Of a stretch of DNA of 54,411 nt, positions 23,862-35,500 are shown piece after piece. How positions within the stretch are numbered: position 1 is the stretch's first letter; every line of letters begins with the position of its first letter. Origin of the DNA: Phoronis australis (taxonomy: Eukaryota; Animalia; Phoronida). A program made the position numbers and the translations under genes. The notes under the pieces were generated by a model. That model did not search any database. It saw nothing but the letters and a program-made list of their open reading frames with translations, and was not told the origin of the DNA. The DNA lies in assembly GCA_002633005.1 (NCBI GenBank), contig NMRA01000138.1:746767-801177 (forward strand). The letters are read 5' to 3'.

Positions 23862-25547
23862 TAAGGCACAAGCTTCTCACATAAATATCTGCGTATCTAT
23901 TGTTCACTTTAGTTTTTCTTTCTTATAATAAAGATAGTAGTAAGCATTTATCGGTAACCGGCTAATGGCTTGCGAAATCCATACATCATTTGGCATGGGT
24001 AACGACATACTAAACAATATAAACTCAAGTGTTGACTTGAGGTGTGATTTAATTCACGGAAATGTCAATTTTGAAACTTGTTATCTTAGATCGTTCAATC
24101 ACATCGATGAGCTAAAATTATTCACAGTCTCAGCCGCATAACAAAATCATGGACTTTACATCATATTCTGCCAACGGCTCTGACACCGATTCAGTGCCGT
24201 GTGCTGTTTCATGGCCGTTTCAGATCCACCGCAAGCAATTAGCACTCCCGACTCATCCCCGCCCCAGTGCGACATTTCTCACTCCGGAGAACGGTGCACC
24301 CTTCAGGCTGTAACGAACGTCACAACACGCGTAATCCCAGAAATCCGATCTTGACAAAAATGATGAAAAACGATGATCCACCTTGCGGAATGAGTACGAA
24401 AGAGTAAGTCACGCCAGACCCCAACTCAGGCAATGCATGAAATTGGAATGCATTCACTGAGGACGAAAGCTAAATGTCCTCCTAGCAGAACGTTCACCTG
24501 GACCCTGATGCCTATACTGCAGATTATTGATAATTCTAAGGGCTGGTAAGTGCTTGTCATGGGACGTGTCTTGCCGTAAACTGAAATTATGACCAGTATC
24601 AGGGGCGGATCCAAGATTTTGAGTGAGGGCCGGGGCNAATGAAGCACGACGGGAAAGTAAGGCACAAGCTTCTCACATAAATATCTGCGTATCTATTGTT
24701 CACTTTAGTTTTTCTTTCTTATAATAAAGATAGTAGTAAGCATTTATCGGTAACCGGCTAATGGGCACCCAAAGCAGGCTACGATATATCATGCGACCTG
24801 CATAGTTAATGGTAGTGTCCAATAGGCGAAAACCATGGGACGCGCTGCACGTCGCATGGATCTCGCAAGTTAAAAATAGCTTGCGAAATCCATACATCAT
24901 TTGGCATGGGTAACGACATACTAAACAATATAAACTCAAGTGTTGACTTTAGGTGTGATTTAATTCGCGGAAATGTCAATTTTGAAACTTGTTATCTTAG
25001 ATCGTTCAATCACATCGATGAGCTAAAATTATTCACAGTCTCATCCGCATAACAAAATCATGGACTTTACATCATATTCTGCCAACGGCTCTGACACCGA
25101 TTCAGTGCCGTGTGCTGTTTCATGGCCGTTTCAGATCTACCGCAAGCACTCCCGACTCATCTCCGCCTGCGATATTTCTCACTCCGGAGAACAGTGCACC
25201 CTTCAGGCTGCAACGAAGGTCACAACACCGTAATCCCAGAAATCCGATCTTGACAAAAATGATGAAAAACGATGATCCACCTTGCGGAATGAGTACGAAA
25301 GAGTGAGTCACGCCAGACCCCAACTCAGGCAATGCATGAAATTGGAATGCATTCACTGAGGACAAATGCATAAATGAAAGCTAAATGTCCTCCTAGTAGA
25401 ACGTTCACCTGGACCCTGGTGCCTATACTGCAGATTATTGATAATTCTAAGGGCTGGTAAGTGCTTGTCATGGGACGTGTCTTGCCGTAAACTGAAATTA
25501 TGACCAGTACCAGGGGCGGATCCAAGATTTTGAGTGAGGGCCGGGGC
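23862..25547. other. ~0.8-0.9 kb tandem duplication across the single N at 24637; probable uncollapsed haplotypes
   Basis: 23862-24636 is repeated at 24638-25547 with SNPs and indels, including ~113 bp extra in copy 2. Confidence 0.85.
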
Positions 25548-25662
25548 TGGGCAGAGTATTAACCACTGAGGATTTTGCCCGTCACTTGCAAACCCAAACT
25601 GCCAAATGGAATTTGGGAGAATTTAAGGGGGGGGGGCATGGCCCCAAGTAAATCCGCCACTG
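25511..25662. mobile_element. hAT-type MITE (CAGGGGCGGAT...ATCCGCCACTG)
   Basis: 11-bp TIRs with one mismatch; AGTAC on both flanks. Confidence 0.75.
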
Positions 25663-26126
25663 AGTACTGTGTTGTGAGATCTTTTTGCGCAATTGTTACA
25701 ATTCATTAGGGCTGATAAAGAATATAGTGATTGCGCAGAGCTCAAGGAAATTAGTGCAGTACTCATAGCATTGTACCCTCAACTTGCATAAGGTTAATTA
25801 CCTCCCCGAACTTACACGTGATCACTCAAGGCGAAATCTGGGAAATCCTAGTTATGTTCCATTTACTTTTTGTGGTCGTAATTCTTAACTTACTTCGCAC
25901 AAACATAAATGGCAGAATTAAGCTTCTTCTACTTTTTCAAAAGCCGATCACCCCCTGCTGCAAATAATTTGAACCTTTTACTTCATGTCGTTTTAGGACA
26001 CAAACTTCAATCCAAGCAAATTATAGATTGCAACTTTCTTGTTTTTTGTTGGAAAATACGAAAAAAAATTTTTCGTGTGTCCGCCATACTGTTCTCAAGA
26101 GGTGACCGAAAAATTATCTATCTTAC

Positions 26127-26402
26127 TTCACGACAATCTGTACTGTGGTTGATACAACCTCAGTCAACCTTCAAGTAAATCCCCAATAAGTGGTTGTAAC
26201 ATATTTCTGAATGCTGCTGATTGGAAAACTGTGATATTGGGTGTGAACAGAGATAAAGTAATTTAAAGATATGATATGATTTTGGACATGTGTATTTTAA
26301 TGTTGTTATTGACGTGTACTTGTATAATGTCTGTTGCCATGATAAAAGACATTTATTTAATATGAAAGCTTTCATTTACAATATTGCACAAAGCTAATAC
26401 TA
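26127..26402. repeat. Copy 2 of the ~280-bp direct repeat; includes a candidate TMEM63 poly(A) signal (AATAAA on -, 26352-26357)
   Basis: Direct match to 9575-9856; the poly(A) role is inferred. Confidence 0.9.
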
Positions 26403-28922
26403 GTCTAGCAGTTACAAAGTCAACAAATCTGCATGTAAGAAACACAAGTCATAATACGTAAAACATAGTTAATTGACAATCAGATATGTTAAACATAAAT
26501 TTAAAAAACAAGGACATCAACGTAACAATAAAATTTAACACAAATTTTTAACAGAGAAAAACAAAAGATCTGGAAAACATCACTTGGTTAAATGAAGACA
26601 ATCTAAGGTTAGTGAATAGCCACCAAACCAGTGGTGCCTTGTGGTGTAAATTATATCTTATTGAAAATACGTATTTTGTAATTTTAATGCAAGGCAAAAT
26701 TAAGCTCGATACATTATGAACTTGCCTCAAAATTTACTCTTCTAAGTCAGAGACACAACAATTGATAGCTGTACAATGAGGGCGATGCAGCAATCCAAGG
26801 TGGGCATGTTTACGATGGCAAAGTACTGACTGGTAGAGAGTTGCATCATTTTGTTAACAATCCAGTTGGAACAAGACTCTGGAGTGGGTATCTCAGTAGA
26901 TTTTCCATCCAAAAAGGTAAAAAACAACCCCAACTGCTTGTGTTGGAGGAAATGTTGATGCAATGTTATCAAATGGTGATATTGGATTTTTAAGATGAGG
27001 CTTGAAGAACAGCGTTGGCTGAATCACTTGTTGTTTTTGCTCAGCATAAGTACAACACTGATAAACCAAGACACACTGGTATTTCGATGGGTCACACCCA
27101 CAAAAAGTTTAATTATATACTATATCGAGTCATTATCTCCCATGATTGCACGTGACCACTGACAGTAAATAATTCAGTGTAGAAACAACAGCAATTTTTG
27201 GAAATTGGAACTCCTTCTAACGAGGCCACTTTGGCAAAGGTAACAACAAAACCTTCAAGAAATCATTGTCAGCCTTCATCAAATATAGTTTGCTCCACCA
27301 GAAATGAAGTATAGTCATACTAGTCACCATCTTCTATAGCAGAAAATCAAAACTTGCACATTTGTACGACTAACAGTCATCTTAAAGCTTTTAAAACAAG
27401 ACCATTTGACTAGTAGGTCTAGGGACTAAGAATCTAAAGACTTGTAATACAGAACCCGAAAGGATTATAATGCTTATTAGTTAGTTAGTGCTAACAATTC
27501 AACAAGAACCAACAGATGGCGGTAGCAGAGCTACAGTACCTCAGCCAAGCCACACCACTCCAAGCAGGAACTGTGCACATAAGCGATTGCAAAACAGAGG
27601 ATTGACTGGTTAATGACAAAAATAAGTATACTATTGGCCAAATAGATTAGAAATCCTCATTTTAACGAAAATTATCTCTAGATGAGAAAAACATGAACCA
27701 AAAATATTAACTGAGGACACACTAACATGACCAGGTACATAAAATCCAGATATACGAGAGGTACATAGAACTAAATACTATACTACTAATTATTAAATAC
27801 CTGGTAAGTAGATTCACAACCACTTTTAAATCAACAATGATCATTTCTTGCTAAGGTTCAAGTCAGGAAATGCAGCAGAGCCTGTTGACTAGACTTTGAT
27901 GTATCAAATGAACATAATAATTAGTAAACTTGTCATAATATATTTATGAGTACTGCAGCCAAAGTATCATTAATTACTGGACCTTTCATCATATATCAGT
28001 GCCTAAATATTTAGGGAATTAGTGTTAGTAATTAGAAAGCTTGTGGTCCTAAGAATAAAATAAACATTTTAACAACTCAACTTCACACTAAACAAGTGGC
28101 CTTAGAGAGATGTATATGCATAATAGAAACATTATGATTTTAAAGAAGCCACAGGCATGAGTCTGACATGCCAGTAATTGGGGTTAATTTTGCTGACCAT
28201 AACACTACCTTGCAATAACTACTCTGACAATACCAGCGTCAAATGACAGCTTCGTCGTCAGTAGGTTTTGAACTGCTGACGATGTTACAAAAGTTCAAGT
28301 TCCTCACTGTAGTTTACACTGCAGTATTCCACTGACCAAGTTACACACCTGGAAAAAGTCTACAGAGATGGGAACAGCATTTTTGACCAATCCTTTACAA
28401 CAAAATGTACTCGCAATTTATTACAACACCAGAGTTCAAACTCTGTTCCCATGGATCTGACTCAGAAACAGGGCAAACTGTATAGTTAGACATTACTGTG
28501 ACGTGTTTTGTATGCATGAGAATGGCAAATGTATTGCACAGTGCTACTGGAAACTCAAAGTGTCAAGCAAGTGCAATGTCACCATTAACTTCTTATAGAT
28601 AAAAGTGCCAAAAGCAGATTCATAAAATAAGTACATATCTGTGCCAAAGGGATGCTGAAACCAATTTGAATGTGGATGTATTTTAGAGATTTCATTGACT
28701 TACCCAGGTGGAGCACCAACAAAGTTTACCCACTCACTTTTATGGACCAGTGAGCCTATCATATTTTTTACTGGTAATTTTGACAGTACCAAGAGCTTTC
28801 TCTTTACAAAATGTAACACGGAGAAGTGATCCTATTTCGCGACACATCCAGGCACACTTAGCGCATTTGAGTATTCCACCCGCAATTCCCTCTACTCCTA
28901 ATCATAACGTCACTCACGTTTA

Positions 28923-29040
28923 CTATAGCAGATTACACCAGAAGGTTCCCATCAAAACCCTCTATAGCAGATTACACCAGAAGGTTCCCATCAAAACCCT
29001 CTATAGCAGATTACACCAGAAGGTTCCCATCAAAACTCTC
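28923..29040. repeat. 39-bp tandem repeat x3 in the TMEM63 3'UTR
   Basis: CTATAGCAGATTACACCAGAAGGTTCCCATCAAAACCCT x3, nearly identical. Confidence 0.95.
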
Positions 29041-29120
29041 TCTTGCCAAGCTTGACCCAGTTACAAGCACGTCATCACACCTTTACATCAATCACACTTA
29101 AAGAAACATCTTCCACAATC

Positions 29121-29410
29121 CCTGATTAAAGCGACATATTCCAGAATGCCATGCCTGGTCATCATTCTCAGTGTTGCATGACTAGAGCAATGTATTCCAG
29201 AATGTCTATGCTTTATTATCATCCTCAGTGTGTTCTGACTAAAGCAATGCATTCCAGAATGATTAAGCCTCATCAGCATTCTCAACGTGTCCTGATTATA
29301 GCAACTTATTACAAAATGTCTATGCCTCATCAAAATCATTCTAGGTGTCCCGATTAAAGCAACATGTTCCAGAATGTCTATGCTTCATCAGCATTCTCAA
29401 TGTGTCCTAA
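29121..29410. repeat. Degenerate ~57-bp tandem repeat x5 overlapping the TMEM63 stop codon
   Basis: Recurring TTCCAGAATGTCTATGC...CATCAGCATTCTCAA...GTGTCC; seen as 19-aa periodicity in ORF 29088-29339. Confidence 0.8.
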
Positions 29411-29555
29411 AGGTGTCCTCATGGTCTGTCTCGTCTGCATCCGACTCATCAGGCACAACGTTCACCTGGACCGTGCCATATGTTGCAGCAGCTGAACTGG
29501 CACCATTCTCTTCCACTTTATCACTGTCCACTTTAAGAATTGTTGGAACAAACGG
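29397..29555 (-). CDS. TMEM63: TMEM63 terminal coding exon (PFVPTILK...TYGT...TFRTH*)
   Basis: tttacag|; TGA at 29397-29399; ORF 29397-29642. Confidence 0.85.
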   Translation of the reverse strand, partial: PFVPTILKVDSDKVEENGASSAAATYGTVQVNVVPDESDADETDHEDTFRTH

Positions 29556-32500
29556 CTGTAAATTATAAATGAGAACATTTAGAACTAAACAAAGCAATGT
29601 CCAGTTGCACTTATAAAGCATACAGGAATTGTGCGTCATCATTTACTATGAAATCATCGCACATAGTTCCGTCAGCATGCCACCTGTGGCTACATCAGTT
29701 AAAATGTTTGATATACATTTCCACATCAGTTTAAAAATTACACATTTATATGCACATCATTTCTTTATAAAATCACTTGTGTCATAAATGTTGAAAACTT
29801 GTTTGTGTATAATGCTCCTAAAGCAGGATTTACATAATCAACAATTTTCCTGCAACACTGTTGATCAACAAACTACTTTCAACAAAGCTTCAGTTCATCA
29901 ATAAGTACAGTTCACACACCACACATAACACACAATCAACATGATTGTTGAAGGCAATGTTTACAACAAATAACAAGATACGCTTATTACTATGGAGGAA
30001 AAAGTGACTTTGGAGGTAAAATCACCATCAAAATGGATGCTGCAGACATGATAGACACTGGTGTATTGCTGCAGATGGAATCAACACTTACAGTGAAGAT
30101 TCTGCAGCTTGGAACAGTGGAAAATTGATTATTTTCCTCAAGGTCAGATCTGGCAATAGGCAATGTTGGCCAGCCCAAATACAGCAATTACAATTAGAGA
30201 CAAACGATCATTCACTATGGTATTATAAACTATGGGCTATACGAAAATGTGACAGTGACTATTTTTAATGATTTTATGTACTGCCAAGTCTATGTTTAGA
30301 AATAATGCATTGTGAACAACTTAAGAAATATGATGAACGACAAAATCACCATGTCTCAATCTTTAGAATCAAGAAAATTCAATGTTTGCTTGAATTACAA
30401 ATTTTAGAGACTGTTCCTAAGTGGAGAAATTTATACAAAGTGTTCTGAAGTGAGTTTATTTGGACCAGTTATCATTGAGACATAAAAAATCTGGGCAAAA
30501 TACCATCATGAACTATGGAAAGTAAAGTTGTGGACATCACGCCACTTAGTGCACTGTACATTGGAAATTAGGTCAACGAGCTCGCGTACTCCAGGTAATG
30601 TACTATTGTGGCAGCATAGTAATCTTGTAGACAGAGACTGCAGCAGTTCTGATGCATCTGATTCATTTTCAGATGGATTGACTTTCATGATGTGGAAATG
30701 GTATTTGTCTGTTACCTTTTGGCTTGTACTGTATATCCAAGGACAAACAATTTCACTGGGCAAGTTGTATAAGAACAGTATGAGCCACAGGCTGCACTTA
30801 CATAACATACATTTGGTTAAGCTGTAAAGTAATGGTGGCATATGGCTGAAGTAGGTTGTTTTTATTTTATCACTCAAGGGTAAGACAAATTTCAAACATT
30901 GCCAATTGGTATACAATCAGACATTTACGATTAAAATCCACACTGATGTATCAAGTGCTTTTAATTTTCATCTATCCATCAACTGAGATTCACTGAAGAT
31001 GTAATTATCGTATTCAGCATCTACAAGTTTTATTTCAATCTGTTCTCAAGATACTGTAAACAGGAAACTGCATCACAGCCGAAGAGGACAAAAATAAAAT
31101 TGTGACTGCTGAACACAGCCACGCTTTCAATAAATTATGAGAGCAAGAAAGATGACTATCAGAACAAGGAGAATGAGAGAGCTGAATTGTTTTAGCCAAT
31201 AACCAGAAATATCTCGTGAACTAGAAATCTCAAAATCGGAAACGACTTGGCATCTACAGTCTTGGAATCGAAAGTGTTCAGTAAAGGCAGAGATAGGTTT
31301 TCGAAACCCAGTGAGACCGAAGTCAAAGGTTAAGAGTTCAGTGCACCATCACCACATCTCACCTCGGGTTCAGTTACCGGCTCAAATTTTACAGTATCTA
31401 GTTCGATGTATTTGTTAAATTCTTGAGATGGTGACTGTAAAATATAATGGTGATAGTAGGGCTGACAACAGGTAATTCAAGTGAAGCTGCTACGAGCCCG
31501 CATTCTTTCCAAGAAGAAAAGTTTTTAATTTAAAGCACTTACTGTTATAACATTGGACTCAGATAAGAAGTGATTTCTGGATTTAAAAAGAAGTGACAGT
31601 TGGTCATTCCTCGAGACAATGTTCAGGCCGTAGAAAGACACACCATGACAAGCCAACAGGTGGAGCCTGATCTCGAGCAATAACAAACTATCAGTTCTAC
31701 TGAAGGCCAGAAATTGCCTTAGATTTGACTAAGAAACACGCCAATTTCATGACAGTAAGTGGTCTAAATCAAAAGTTGTTTTTCATGATGCAAAGCGGGC
31801 TTATAGCGGGTTTGATCACCACTCATTCAATGTCGGGCATGTTTACCTTCTGTGGTGACACCTGTGACTCTTCTTGAAGTCTCCCGCCTTCCTCATCTAA
31901 ATCGTCGTCCACGTTTTCAAAACGCTGGTGGGTGATAAACGGCATTAAAGTGACACAAACCATGTGGCTTCGTACAGAAATAGAGATATCCAAATACTAA
32001 AATTCAGTGCTTAATATGATTTGACCTTTACAGATTGGTACTAAAGTGCATAGATCGTTCATTCAAATACACCAATTACTATACATTCAAGATAGCTGCA
32101 GTTGATTGCTTGATGTTTCTCATAAATGTCTTCCTGACTCAGGCAGGAACTAATCTCAGTGAAACATTTGAGTACACTGTTACGCTGTGATGGATTTGCA
32201 ATATTGGTAATATTGGTAATATTTGTAATATTGGTAATATTGGTAAGTATTAAATAACTTCATTATGAAATGGAATATCTTTAAAATAAGTTTACAAGCA
32301 ACATGTGGAGCAAATAAGTGACAGTAGTTTACAACAAATAAATTTAATTCAAAACAAGTGGCAAGTTTGAAGAAATGACGGTAGCATTTTCAATTTATCA
32401 GGAAAAAAACAAACTAACGTGACGAGTGCAGGTTCTATTCCCTTACCTTATAACTGATGTGACTGTGTTTCTTGAACAGTCCAAAGAACAATCGACCAAT

Positions 32501-35500
32501 GAAAAGTATCAAGGTGAAGACCAACACAACAGAGATAGTAATGGACATGGCAAACCCTGAAAGAAAATGTCAGAATCACAAGTTTGAACTTCCCTACACA
32601 ACATGTCTAGATAAACAATGGTTCACCTACTGCGTGCATTCAGGTAATCGTATGACAGGCTTATCGTATGGTCATTGTACTCATGCAGGGGAACAGCTTC
32701 TTGCTTTCAATCAGAAGCTGATAAGAGATGTCTCCTCATTAGCGCCACCTAGTGAATACTGAGTTGCTCATCTGTTATAGTGGTGTCAACTGTTGAAAAG
32801 TTTGTAATGCAAATTCGCATTATGAACAAAACGTCAAAATAACAAATTTCAAAAAGCCAAACCAAATTATAAATCAATTTAAATTAAATGAAGGAAACAC
32901 CAGGATCATATTTAGCAGAGACCAGAAATGTTGTCTTTGTCTGTTTCAGAACCAAATGAAGCTGCAATTTGCAAGGAACATTATGTAGAGATACAACATA
33001 AATTCAACAAGTCAAGTAACTGACTTACAGTTTGTATTTTAACTAACCCAATAAATACAAAATTCATAATAGCTCCGGTTTCGAGTTGCTAAATGTTATG
33101 CTAGACTTAATGCCAGTATGACGTACACATATGTAACATCATTTCGGTATTCATGGCATTCCAAGTGACAGTCAGATATGTGACACCCATTTTACTCACA
33201 AAACATTGTCACAATGAATGTAGGGTTAAAATTAGATAATAATAGTCCAGATATATTGACAAAAACGTATTGGTTAACACAAACTGAATTGCAAACTAAA
33301 ATCAAAGATAACTTATCTGACAGTAAATCAGACAAATGAAAACACTTGACATTCCAAAATTTTTCTAAATTAAATTTCTACGGTAAAAATTTTGTCATTT
33401 TAATTAAGGTTGTTCCAACTTGAACAAGAATCAAGAAGGTTTACGAACTGTGTATGCCCTTCAATAAACGAGGTCGTCCAGAAATGACCCAAATAAATAA
33501 TTACTACAAGGCACACGATGGAGCAATGGTTGTGTTCAGAACATTACAGCAGAAACTAAAGGAGATGTTGGCAGTGTAGAGAGACGGTCAACTTACTGGA
33601 TCTCAGCAGCAGTAGGAAGAGAACATTGAATAGAAGAAGGATAAGAGCCACCATGACGTAGTTGATAGCACTGCTGTGGATATGACGATCTATCTTTGAC
33701 GGTGCGTAGGCGAAGTAGATGTTGTAGCGATCTATGACATGCTTCAGTGCCAGGTATATTAAACCTGGAAGAGACAAAATGAATTAATATAAGCAGCAAC
33801 TAGCTGTACCCTAGAAGTTATTGACTTATTGAAACCAAGAATACACGGTGTCAGCACCATCACGTAACCTTTGACTAGTAAATAATAAAACTCAGGACAC
33901 TGAGAACGTGAAGCTCGCCACTGGTATCATCATCTTGGTAAATGAGACATTAAGTAATCCAGGTGGCGCTACAGCACGTTAGCAATGCCAACTATTGGTT
34001 ATGCAGATGTCCACTCTGGCAAACTGGGCGAATACCACGAGTTGGGGTCAGTGCATATACTAGGGAGGCATTTGTGATTATGCAGATGTACATTCTGGCA
34101 AACTTGGTGAATACCACGTGTTGGGGTCAGTGCATATACCAGGGAGGCATTTGTGATAAACAGTCGTGTCGGAGCTGTTGGAATAAGCAATTTGAATGAA
34201 GTCCTGACTGAAATATTCGTTTTCCGCACCCAAAGCCCATGGCCACATAAACCATGTAATCATGAATCTCTAGCATAACAAAAGTTTGATGAATAGGAAC
34301 ACAGTCATGTAATCTGAGTTTGACAAGACTCCCGACTCATTTTGATTATAATTCTATTTTCTTAAAAACCCTAATGAACGCTGCCTTTGTCAATCTCCCG
34401 TGACTTAAAATTTTTGACCAGGACAACTAGCATCGAATTAGTCTCAACTGAGACTAAAAGTGATTTATAGGTATCATGAAAACTGATTGCAGAGGACTAA
34501 ATTCACTAACTTGGAATTGAAGCTGGTCATTTCAAGTGACAAAAGCAATATGGCTGTCAGCTGAATGATAAATAGACTGGTTCTGTGGCTGGACACTAGA
34601 TGACCTCGCTAGTTGATGCATTGGAGGCTTTACAAATTATTAAGACTGTGTACAGAACAGAAACATAATAACTATGAGATATTAACACAAAATGAAGACT
34701 TCAGTCCACACGATATTGTGAAGCAAAATGGACATATTGCAGTTGAACAATGCCCAGCCACTTACCAAAAGGCACGATAAGAGGGCACGGTACGCTGTAG
34801 ACAACAATGACAGTGAATGTACACAACAGCCAGGCATAGTTCTGACCATACTGGAACTCCCATAGAACTTTCTGGAATTCAACAGAGACAACTGTGACAT
34901 ACCTGCAAGCTGGAATACTTAGGGATTGATTCTGCTGATGAACTGAATTTATTTCAAATTATACTTTGTTTAATGAAAACCAGAAAATTAGGTCATTCCC
35001 ACAACACTCAAAGGTTAGGTGTTTTTACTTGAACTCACATAAGACGCTGAGTCTCAACAACTGTCAGCTCCACTTTATACTACCATACCCTGATGTAAGG
35101 TGATACTGACGGTGAACCACATTACAATGAACCTGACCTGTGTTCAGTGGTCCCAAGAAACGCACAAAAACACAAGATAATACAAGACTTCGTAGTTATT
35201 GCCATGCAATACAAGTGACATGTGATGATACCAGCTTTTCTTGTGACTGTTACAGTATTAAATCTACGGAATGCAGCCCACGTTAACAAAATTCACTTAC
35301 TAATAACATTCTATTCAACAAGTTATAACCCAAGTGCATTGCATACTGGATACAATGACCTCTTGCTAATACTCATGAACATTTTAGAAAGGGTAAGGAC
35401 TCATTGTAATGAGGTTTGACTGAAAGCTGAAAATCATAACCGAGCAGTTAAAAGGACTAAACAGGAATGTACTGAGTCAGACATATTAGGAGTGCAATCT

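Noticed and set aside
25135-25302. Exon-like + strand segment (tttcag| 168 nt |gtgagt) with one open frame
   Set aside because: The other copy (24224-24403) has frameshifting indels and an in-frame TAG, and no partner exons were found; at most a non-coding exon
28256-28283. Small hairpin in the TMEM63 3'UTR
   Set aside because: The 10-bp stem has a C-A mismatch on the transcribed strand; no SECIS, IRE or miRNA features
29121-29410. Possible tandem hammerhead ribozymes (CTGATGA in some units on -)
   Set aside because: No stem II and no GAAA core; the motif is not kept in most units
30506-30916. 136-aa and 99-aa opposite-strand ORFs
   Set aside because: Inside the last TMEM63 intron; no recognisable homology or splice support
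34872-34912. CAG|GTATGT just upstream of a TMEM63 acceptor (microexon or recursive site)
   Set aside because: The implied 7-nt exon breaks frame and leaves only a ~31-nt intron
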